37,355 bases of DNA from an uncultured Candidatus Peribacteria bacterium (GTDB taxonomy: Bacteria > Patescibacteriota > Gracilibacteria > Absconditabacterales > Absconditicoccaceae). Where the stretch lies: NCBI GenBank assembly GCA_964435215.1, contig CAYSXV010000004.1, positions 1-37,355 of the forward strand. Reading direction: 5' to 3'. Made by a program: the position numbers and the translations under genes. Positions 27,484 to 37,355 of this stretch are shown here, piece after piece (the stretch's first letter is position 1; each line of letters starts with the position of its first letter). Below the pieces are notes generated by a model. That model saw nothing but the letters and a program-made list of their open reading frames with translations. It searched no databases and was not told the origin of the DNA.

Positions 27484-28356
27484 TTATCGTTTTCATCAGC
27501 CACCTCCTCCACCGAAACCTCATCATCAAAATCATCAGAAACTATTTCATCATCAACCACCAAAACCTCATCCTCCTATTATTCATCATCATGCTCATCC
27601 GTTTCATCATTTACCAAATATTCATAATAGCATACCTATATATCATACTATCATATATAGTATTATACTTCAAGCCATTACTCATATTATGATTCATATA
27701 GCGCTTATTATTAATATTGCAAGTGCCCATTTCTTCTTGTTTTTCCTTTTTGCTTTTGGAACAATTCAACGACTTATAGATGATGCCATAAAGAATAAAA
27801 AGATCATCCAAAATAAATTAAACTTACCTATATTTGCTGTTGTATTATTGTTTGCTGAAGAATAAGTCTCAACAACTGTAGGATCTTTCTGTATATATAA
27901 ATTGATATCATTTATAGCTGCATATATTCATTGGAAATAATTTCAATCTCTAAAGTTTGGAACTATATTATTTTCTCAAATTCTTTTTGCTATTGCATCT
28001 GGTATGGTTCATTCCAATCAATATCAGACTTGTATAGATCGCGATCTATCTTCCATAGCAAATAGCATTATGATTCAATTATCTTTTCATTTTTCTCATA
28101 CTCACCATTTGGTTCATATCTCTGAAGCTAGTAAATTAGCATCATCTCAATCTATAGTAGGTACTATGAGAACTGCTATCTGTGCACTTGTTGTCTGTTG
28201 TATATTTGATATCAAATCAGAGATTTGAGTTTTTTGATCTAGTGTTAAAGTATTTGCTAAATCATTAACAAATCAATTTGGACTTGGTATTTCAAATCAT
28301 AGAGTAAAAGAAAATAATGTAGTTAACAATAGGAAAGTTGAAATTTTTTTGATCAT
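27484..28356 (-). CDS. TPM-domain (YgcG-like) membrane protein with a poly-Gly C-terminal tail, 290 aa
   Basis: It has a signal peptide. The TPM core reads FVNDLANTL...AQIAVLIVPTIDGDD...GVGEKGKDNGIIMLFAMEDRSRSIQVGYGLEG. TM segments follow. The tail is GKGGNGGAGGGIIGGGGFGGGGGNSFGGFGGGGFGGGGGGKR, encoded largely by runs of TGA (27490-27620). Confidence 0.85.
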
Positions 28357-28480
28357 TTTTTTATAATGTTCTTATAAATTTTAAATTCTCTATAGGACCG
28401 GTCTATTAATTAATATTTTTTATTATTTGGAGATAGGGCCAGATTTATAAGTATAAATCACACCACTACTCTACTCTGTT

Positions 28481-29842
28481 TTAGTAGGTATTATCTAGGG
28501 ATTTTGTAGCTTTCTCTGTAAATTTCATAATTTCTTTTTCGAAATGTAATTCTATTTCTCATACTGCTCCATTTCTATTTTTTCTTATACATATATCTGC
28601 TGTTCATTTTCTGTCTGTATCTTGATCGTAATAATCTTCTCTATGTATCATGATAACAGCATCAGCATCTTGTTCTATTGCTCATGATTCTCTAAGATCT
28701 GAAAGCTGTGGTTTCTTATCTACACGTTGTTCAACAGCACGAGAAAGTTGTGATAGTGCAATAATAGGCACCTCAAGCTCTTTTGAAAGCTCTTTTAATC
28801 ATCTAGATATTTCACTAATTTCTTGTACTTTATTATTTGATGTATATGTAACTCCATGCATCAATTGTAAGTAATCTATAATTACCAAATCTAAACTTCA
28901 TTTTTCTATTTTAAGTTTTCTAAGTTTTGATTTGAGTTGTGGCACTGTATATGCTCATTTATCATCTATATAAATTTTTGTTTCACCCAATGCTTCCATA
29001 GCTTCTCATATATTTGCAAAATCTTCTGCTTCTAAATTTCATTTTGAAAACTTATACATAGGAACTTTTGAAATCTCTGATAATATTCTATCTACTATAG
29101 ATTCTGATTGCATTTCTAGTGTAAGTAAGGCAACTGATTTATTTTGTTTGAGAGCTACATTTGTAAGTATATTGATAGCAAAAGATGTTTTTCACATACT
29201 TGGACGTGCAGCAATTATTATTAGTTCTCAAGGTTTAAATCATGTTAATAAATTATCTAATCATACATATCCAGATAGTACTTTTTTCTCGTTTGCCTTA
29301 TCTGGATTATCAACTATTTCCATATAAGTTTCTATTCTTTGTTTTAGGATATCTGATATCTTAACCATAGAATCTCACATTTTTTGTTGTGTAAGTTCAA
29401 ATATTTTTTTTTCTATATCATCTAATATTTCTGAAGTATCCTTTTGTTGATATACATCTCATATGATTTTTTGTGATACTTTAAGTATATTTCTTAGAGT
29501 TGATTTATCTTTTACTATCTTTGAATATTCTCAACAAGATGATGTAGACATCAAAAAACTAGATAGATTAAAAAGATAATCTATTCATCAGATTAAATCT
29601 ATTTCATTGTTCTTTGTAAGTTGATCAGCTACTGTTACAGCATCTATTGTTTTACGTTGTATCCATAGTTCTTGAATTGCTTTGTATATCATTCAATGTT
29701 CTTTCTGATAGAAATCTTGGAACATCAATCAATCACCGTCATATATCCATATAACGTCGTTGTCCATCAAAGCTCAACATAATATTCATTTTTCTGCTTC
29801 AATATTGTGTGGTGGTAGGTTGATTTCATCAGTTTTAACCAT
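28481..29842 (-). CDS. dnaB: Replicative DNA helicase DnaB, 453 aa
   Basis: The N-terminus reads [21 protein letters not shown]. Walker A is AARPSMGKTSFAIN, with its Gly = TGA at 29192-29194. Further motifs are [24 protein letters not shown] and [16 protein letters not shown]. Confidence 0.95.
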
Positions 29843-29952
29843 CTTATTAACTACTAATTTAAAATGTTGCGTTTGATTTGGGTTCAATATATATTTAAAA
29901 TAAATAGATTATCAATCAGAAAATTTATTAAATTTGTCTAGACTTGTCTATT

Positions 29953-30747
29953 TTAAAATAAAGATCAGTCTGTATATACTTTGTTATTTGCTTTTAATCG
30001 TTTTTGTGTAGTTCATATATCTCGGTAGGAATCTATTTTGATTGTATATATATCAATTTTTTTTGCTAAAATATTTATTCAATCAGCTAAACGAAATTTT
30101 CATCAATTTTTTTGTTTTTTGATATCATTTAATATAGTGAAAATTTCTTTAGGTAATATACAAAATCAATCCCATATATAATTTGACGCTGCTCTAGTAG
30201 AGTCGCGACTTTCCTCTATTTCAATTAATTTTTCTCAATCTAATAATGCTACTCAGTGGTTTCATGTCTCTTCTATGGGCTGAGGTACTATAGCTATTAT
30301 AGGGCATTTTGTTTCTTGAAATTTCTGAAATATCTTTTGAAAGTCAGTTTTATTATATATTGCATCTCAGAAATTTAACATAAAATAGTCACCGTCTAAT
30401 CGATCTTCAGCTTGCAATACTGCTCATCATGTACCAAGCCATTCTAATTGTTTTACAAATGTATAATTTGCCATATTTCTAGGTCTATTTACCATTTCCA
30501 ACATTTCAGTTTTTCATTTTTTTTCTAACATATCTTCAAGTTCATAGTTTTTATCAAATCGATCTTCTATAATTTTCTTTTGTGTTGTATTGATTATAAC
30601 AATATCTTTGATTCAACATCAAACTATTCAATCTACTATGTATTGAATTACTGGTTGATCTCATATTGGCATCATCTCTTTTGCTATTACCTTTGAAATT
30701 GGTAACATTCTTGTGCCGTATCATCAAGCAACTATAAGTGATTTCAT
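29953..30747 (-). CDS. galU: UTP--glucose-1-phosphate uridylyltransferase (GalU-like), 264 aa
   Basis: MKSLIVAGGYGTRMLPISKVIAKEMMPIGDQPVIQYIVDG...LGTGGAVLQAED.. matches the GalU N-terminal signature. Length is 795 nt. Confidence 0.85.
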
Positions 30748-30783
30748 AACGATATAAACTAAAGAGTTAAAATATCTTAAGGA

Positions 30784-32118
30784 TTAGAACAACTGTAGTT
30801 GAGTAGAGAAGAAATTTAATGTAAATAGGAATCATTTTTCTATGAGTTTTATATTAAGATTTTCACTTGATCATTGTGAATTACAATCTTTATTTGCTAT
30901 AGGTATCAATAGGATATTACTTGTTATGTTTTCTGTAATGGTATTTAAAACTGGTATAGTCATTCATAAATTTAATTGTATCACTTCGTTTTGAAATATA
31001 TCTTTTATAAATGATTCTGCTTTTCAAAAATATTTATTTTTTGTGTCTATTGCTGTCCACTGCGATATTTCATTAACCTTTATATCATAATCTACGTATT
31101 CTGGTATATTTGAGCCTATCCATTGTTGAAATGATTTAATTATTTTTTCTGAATTTTGTTTTTTAACTGTTTTAAAACTTATATTTGCTATTGCTTTATT
31201 TTGGATAGTTGATCTTGAAATTTTATCTTTGTATCATCATTTTATCGAAGTTACTTGTACTGTAGGTCTCAGTCAAATCTGTGATATATAATCTAGATTT
31301 TTTTCTTTGAATAATGTATTTATAGATAAGTCTTTTTGTATCTTTTCTATTTCAAATTCTATTTTTTTATTACTTAGTATTATATTGAATGGTATCTCCT
31401 GTACATCGTAATAAAAATATGGTATATTAATCTGATTATTTCATCAATGTATCTTGGATAACAACTTACACATTTCATGTATAGCATTTGGTACTATGCC
31501 TCAATATGTTCAAGGATTTATCTGATTATTTGCAGTTTTTATGATTAAAGATAGATCTATATTTCATCTTGTAGATACTCATATACATCAGTTATTATTT
31601 ACCAAATTTCAATCTGAAATAAGAAAGAAATCTGATTTTACTTTTTCTTGGTTTTCTATTATAAATTTCTTTGTATTTTCAGATCCAATGTTTTTTTCTC
31701 ACTCTATGAAAAACCTTATGTTATATCAGAGATTTTTTTCTTTCATCAATTCAAATATAGATACTATATGTATTAGTAACTGTCATTTAGTATCCGCAAC
31801 TCATCTTCAATATATGTTTTCTTTTCATATGTACAAAGAAAAAGGATCATCTTTTCGTCAATCTTTTTTATTTGCCGGTAATACGTCATAATTTCAATAA
31901 ATTGTACATGTAGGTAAACTTTTATTGTGTTCATAATCAGCTATTATTATAGGATTTCAGTATCATTCTATAAATTGTACATCCATCTTATGTTCTTCGA
32001 AAATTTTCTTTAGTCGTTTAGCTGCTTTTTTTATATCACTCAAGTGTTCTTTATCTACTGATATACTAGGAATTTCTATAAATTCTTTTAATAATTGATA
32101 GTATTGTGCTATCATCAT
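30784..32118 (-). CDS. M20-family metallopeptidase/dipeptidase, 444 aa
   Basis: ...IEIPSISVDKEH...IYGNYDVLPA...DPFSLYIGKENIYGRGVADTKGQLL...RFFIEGEKNIGSEN.... Length is 1335 nt in table 25. Confidence 0.8.
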
Positions 32119-32140
32119 GGTAATTTGAAATATTAAAAAA

Positions 32141-33055
32141 CTATTTTGCGTAGTTTTTTATTTTTCTTTTTGCTTTCTCATTAGATGGTTCTAATTCTAA
32201 TATCTTGAAGAAATATTTTTTTGCATTATCTGATTCATCTATTTCTTCATACAAATCAGCTAGCGTCATCATATAATTTGTATTTGTAGGTCTAAGTTTT
32301 ACAATCTTTTCCATACAATCTATTGCTTCTTTTTTTCTCTCTGTATTATATAGAATCTCTACCATACTGATATAATATTTTGGATTTGTAGGTTTGAGAT
32401 TAATTGCTTTCTCTACCAATATTTCTGATGTTTTGAGATCTCATGTAAGTAGATATATTTCTCATATCTGTCGTATAGCATTATGATCTTCTGGGTCCTC
32501 CTCTATAATTTTTTTTGATAAAGATAATGCTTTTTTATGATCTCATATAGTGAAATATAATTCTGCTAATTGTTTTGTTATCTCTAAATTACTTGGATCT
32601 ATAGCTAGTCATTCTATTAATTTTTTTTCATATTCATCTATTTTTCATTCTTTTTTCAATGTCAGTGCTTCATATACAATCCTCTCCAATAACTTTTTTT
32701 GTTTTAAAATAATATTTTTATCTTGTTCGCTCAATGGTTCTTCTTCCTCTTCTATTTCATCAACTTTTTCTATTTTTTGTTTACTTATAAGTTCTGTTAT
32801 CTCATCTATAGGCTCTATATTACCTTTTTCAGTACTAAAGTCTTTTATTGTTTCTGTTTCTATTTGTTCTTCTTGATTTTTTTCTAGAATTTCTTTTTTT
32901 ATTTTTTTTAGAGTTTTAAAATCACTAAATTTTTGTTCAAAAAAAGTTCAAACTTTTAATGTTCTTTTTGTTAAAATAAAGAATAGTAATCATAGTGGAA
33001 TAGAGACTACTATAACAGTAAGTAGTATCCATAACATTGTTCAGATTTTTAACAT
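32141..33055 (-). CDS. Membrane-anchored TPR-repeat protein, 304 aa
   Basis: The N-terminal TM segment is LWILLTVIVVSIPLGLLFFIL, followed by an acidic linker. C-terminal TPR-like repeats read ...AELYFTIGDHKKALSLSKKIIEEDPEDHNAIRQIGEIYLLTGDLKTSEILVEKAINLKPTNPKYY.... Confidence 0.75.
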
Positions 33056-33064
33056 GTTTATATA

Positions 33065-33985
33065 TTATTTTTCTAAATTTTCTGAATTATCTTTTTTTTC
33101 TTTTGTATCTTTATGTTCTCTTTTTTGATGATCTTTTTTTTCTATATGTTCTGGTATTTTTGCTTTTATGATTTTTATTTGATCAACAGGTACTCTAAAT
33201 GTTTCTCATTCACTTGTTTTGATTGTTACTTCTCATGTCATTATGTTGTATGATGTTGAGTATCATTTTGCTTCACAAGATTTACAATCTACTTCTGATC
33301 ATTTAGGTGGATATTTTTTACTTTCTTCAGTATATAATTCCAATTCATATATTAAACTACATTTTAATTTACCGCATCTTCATTTGAGTCTTTCTATATC
33401 TCTTCATTCTAGATTCTGTAATATAATATTTTCCATCTCTACACTTGGTAGTGCTCTAGAACTTTTACAACATAGATTCAATCCATTACATCATGTTATA
33501 TGATCAGTTCCTGGTGACATTTTTACCATATCTCTAGCTCAAACTTGAAATAGAAATATATTTTTTCATAATTTTTCTCTTAATCCTTTAACAAATTCTG
33601 TAAATACATATCTTTCTTCTGAGTAGAAATAAAAATAAATCTGATCTCAATATATATTAAATCTTGCTGTTACTGGTATAGATCATTTGAAATTCTTTTT
33701 GAAAAGATCTTTGAATAATGGGAATATATCTAATGCAAATTTTTGTTGTTCTTCGAAAAATTCTTTATCTTCTCACTCTAATTTTCTTTCAAAAGTACCC
33801 TTTCTATCTGTTATAATCTCATGTCATAAATTTATTCATATTGATAACTTTGTTGTATTGTTTTTATCTTCAAGATTGTAGACTATTTTATCTCATGTTT
33901 TTATAGTGGAAAACAATTCATCACCTACATTGATTATTTCTATATTTTTGTTTGTAAACCAGTCTAGTACGTATAATTTCATCAT
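33065..33985 (-). CDS. PSP1-domain protein (YaaT/RicT-like), 306 aa
   Basis: ...GDQIYFYFYSEERYVFTEFVKGLREKLGKNIFLFQVGARDMVKMSPGTDHITGCNGLNLCCKS... is the typical PSP1 C-terminal domain. Confidence 0.8.
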
Positions 33986-34014
33986 TTATGCGTTAAATAT
34001 AAAGTAGATTTGAA

Positions 34015-35880
34015 TTATTTATTTTTTGGGGACATTAAGTCTTCAAATTCCTCTCTTGTAAGATATTCCTTATCTAGTAGGATAACTGACATTTTTTCAA
34101 TCAGTGTTTTATTTTTATTTATTATTATTTTTGAGTTTTCATAGCATGATAATAAATATCATTTAATTTTTTGATCTATAAGCTCTGCTGTTTTTTCACT
34201 GTAATTCTTATATAGTTTATAATCTTCTTTGTTCTGATCTCAATATTGTATAGGTCATAGTTCTTCATCCATTCCATACTTTGTAACCATATTGTATATT
34301 ATAGCTGTAGCTTTTTCAAAGTCATTTGATGCTCAAGTTGTTATATTCTCCTTTCAAAAGAATATTTCTTCAGCGGCTCTTCATCACAATAGCGATGTTA
34401 CCTCATCCATAAACTTTGATTTGGAATATAGATATTTATCTTCATTGGGTAATATCCATGTAACTCATAATGCTTGTCATCTACGAACTATTGATATTTT
34501 TTCTACTGGGTCTGCATGTGGCAATATATGAGATGTGATAGCATGTCATAATTCGTGGTATGCTATTATTTTCTTCTCTTCTTCTGTTACTCATTTTCAT
34601 TTTTTCTCTGGTCACATCAATGTTTTTTCTAATGCATATTCAAAGTCTTTTGCTTCTATTACACTTCTGTTTTCTTTTGCTATTTTCAAAGATGCTTCAT
34701 TTGTTATATTCTCTATATCTGCTCATACTAATCAACTTGTTCTTTTGGATAATGATTCTACTTTAACATCTTTTGATATTTTCTTTTTCTTGAGGTAGTA
34801 ATTGAATATTTCTATTCTTTCCTCATATGTGGGAGCTCAAACCATAACCTTTCTATCAAATCTTCATGCTCTGAGTAGAGCTGGATCAAGTACATCTGGT
34901 CTATTTGTAGCTGCTATTACTATTATTTTTGTAGTATTATCAAATCAATCCATTTCAGTTAATATCTGATTTAGAGTCTGTTCTTGTTCTTGATGTCATC
35001 ATGTAAAACCAGATCCTCTCTTTTTACCTATAGCGTCTATCTCATCTATAAATATTATTGCTCTTCATACTGCTTTTGCTTTTCAGAATAGCTCTCTTAC
35101 TTTTGCAGCTCACATTCATACCAACATTTCCATAAATTCTGATCAAGAAGCGCTAAAGAATGGTACAGATGCTTCTCAAGCTACTGCTCTAGCAAGTAGT
35201 GTTTTACCTGATCATGGTTGTCAATAAAGTAGAACTCATTTGGGATGTCTTGCTCATACTTTGTGATATTTTTCAGGATTTTTTAGATAATCTACGATTT
35301 CACTTAGCTCTGCCTTTACTTCTTCCATTCATGCTACATCTGAAAATTTTGTTTTACTTTGATCTTTAGCGGCCTGTTTTCCTACTTTTATGTTAAACGG
35401 GAATCAACCTCATTTGGGCATAGCAAATTTTGCAAGGAAAAATAGTACAACCAAAAATAAAATCAATGGTCAGACTTGTTCTAATATCTTTTGAAAGACT
35501 CAAGTTTCTGTAAATTCAATCTCTATTTTTGTTTTTCAATTAATATTTATTCATAAATCTTTTAATGAAGTATCTGTAGGTTTATATGAACTATAAATAT
35601 TGAAAAAATCTTTTTTTAAGGTCTTATTTATAGACATAAAAGATTTATCTTCTCAAGTTCATAGAAATTGATATCATTGTAGTTTAGTGTCATTTATTAT
35701 CTTTATATTGGAAAATGTTCATGAATTATAAAATTTCAACCATTGGTCCAAAGATAGATCTTTTTTTTCTTTTATAGTTTGGATTGTATTATTTTCAAAA
35801 ACATTACTACTTTTATAAATTTGAAGTAATCACATCATAATAACTATAAACAATATCGTGAATATTATGCCCTTTTTCAT
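34015..35880 (-). CDS. ftsH: ATP-dependent zinc metalloprotease FtsH, 621 aa
   Basis: An N-terminal TM segment comes first. Walker A is GVLLYGQPGSGKTLLARAVAGEA, with a Gly = TGA at 35212-35214. Further motifs are [34 protein letters not shown], and the zinc site HELGHAI. Confidence 0.95.
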
Positions 35881-36021
35881 AAATTTTTAAAAAACTAAAT
35901 AAATATGTCTCTTTAGTATACAAAATTAGGTTAAGATTTCAATTAAAAAGTTTAAAGTTGAAAGTGAAAAGCAGAATGTTAAAAGTAAGTTGAAATATTT
36001 AATTAATAATTTTTATTTGTT

Positions 36022-37355
36022 TTGGATGAACTTAAATCTTTATTAAAAACTACGCCTAAATATATATCTCTTTTGGAAAAAAACTGAATAAGTAATCCAA
36101 AGGATTTTTTGCAATATTTTCCTAGAACATATGAAGATAGAACTAAAATAAGGAACCTCAATGAACTTATTTTTGATGAAAAATGATGAACTACAACAAA
36201 AGGTAAGATAATATCCAAAAAACTTTTTATGAGATGAAGTAAAAAAATATATGATATAAGTTTTGTAGATGAAATATGAAATAAATGATCAATATCTATA
36301 TTTAACTCATGATACTTGGCAAGTCAGATACAAGAATGAGAATGGTATATTATAATATGAAAGCCTACTATAAAGGCTAGAAAAATGGTGTTTTTTCATC
36401 CTAGTATTGTAAAAACAACATGAGAAGAATGAGAAGTTATTGATCAAGAATGAAGCAAAACAGATGATGAAACTTTTAAAATGGGTAGAATTTATCCTAT
36501 ATATCCAGAATTATATTGAATATCATCTTGATGGTTTGCAAAAAAAATGTGGTGACTTATGGACAAAGTGGACATATTTTTCGATGAGTACTTACCTAGT
36601 GAATTCTTACAAAAATTCGATCTTTTAAATGTGAATGAAACGATAAAAGAAATTCATTTTCCTACAAATATTGAATTGAATAAAAAAGCTTTTCATAGAA
36701 TATTTTTTGATAGATTACTTAGAATACAATTATATTCATTATTAAATAAAGATGATTATATTTTATGATCTAAACTTGCTGATATTGGAGAACCCAATCG
36801 AGAAGAAGTAAAAATGATAATTGAAAGACTTCCTTTTCAACTTACTATTGCTCAAAAAAAGGTAATAAAGCATCTTATAGATGATCTACATATGTCAAAA
36901 CCTATGATGAGATTGTTACAATGAGATGTAGGAAGTGGTAAAACTGTAGTTGCTGCAATAGCTGCATATTACACTCATAAAATACTTTGATGACAATCAG
37001 TATTTTTAGCTCCTTTGGAAGTTTTGGCTAATCAACATAATAGGACTCTGGCTAAATTATTATTACCTTTATGATTAAATGTTGCTCTTTTGACATGATC
37101 TATGACAAAATGAGAAAAAGATAAAATAAAATCTGATATAAAACAATGAAAAATAAATGTACTTGTTTGAACTCATGCTGTACTACAAGAAGATGTAGAA
37201 TTTAAAAACTTAAAATATGCTGTAATAGACGAACAACATAAATTTGGTGTAAGACAAAGAGCTGTATTGAAGAGATTTGGTAGTCCTCATATACTACAAA
37301 TGAGTGCAACTCCTATCCCTAGATCTATGGCATTAGCATTTTTTGGAGAATTTGA
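36022..37355 (+). CDS. recG: ATP-dependent DNA helicase RecG; the 5' part is in the window and the 3' end runs off the right edge
   Basis: The table-25 frame is open from just after the TAA TAA at 36004-36009. The probable start is TTG at 36022 (MDELKSLLKTTPKYISLLEKNGISNPKDFLQYFPRTYEDR). The wedge region is followed by helicase motif I LLQGDVGSGKTVVA and then VIDEQHKFGV. Confidence 0.85.

Noticed and set aside
27436-27627. Track ORF 27436-27627(+) encodes a Ser-rich peptide.
   Set aside because: It is antisense to the TGA-rich poly-Gly tail of the TPM-domain gene (TCA repeats read as Ser on the opposite strand).

Overview
This is a low-GC bacterial window in which TGA is read as glycine (translation table 25, as in Gracilibacteria/Absconditabacteria-type CPR bacteria). 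Invariant P-loop glycines of the DEAD-box helicase, DnaB and FtsH are TGA, and runs of TGA encode poly-Gly tails. The supplied standard-code ORF track therefore fragments nearly every real gene. I re-translated both strands by hand with TGA=Gly and recovered about 33 coherent CDSs. The right third (26.8-37.4 kb) is housekeeping: LemA, a TPM-domain protein, DnaB, GalU, an M20 peptidase, a TPR protein, PSP1/RicT, FtsH and RecG. The left end holds a partial P-loop ATPase, a DEAD-box helicase with a structured leader, and several small genes. The centre holds a SOUL haem-binding protein with an in-frame 45-bp tandem repeat and a 1290-aa secreted protein with autotransporter-type beta-repeats and an esterase motif. 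The most interesting locus is a single minus-strand cluster at 6.5-15.7 kb. It starts with two tandem, individually promoted and terminated structured RNAs of about 290 nt. These are followed by a retron-type reverse transcriptase (NAxxH region, LPQGAPTS, YIDD, VTG-like VNG). Next come an 892-aa MoxR/AAA_5-like ATPase, a 777-aa HExxH plus vWA (MIDAS) protein, a third diverged paralog of the RNA, and a TGA-free 474-aa helical-repeat protein. I do not recognise this RT + MoxR + vWA + multi-RNA combination as any described retron or DRT type, so I flag it as the candidate novel system. No rRNA, tRNA, CRISPR array, transposase or integrase was found. All calls come from manual translation and motif recognition only; no database searches were run.
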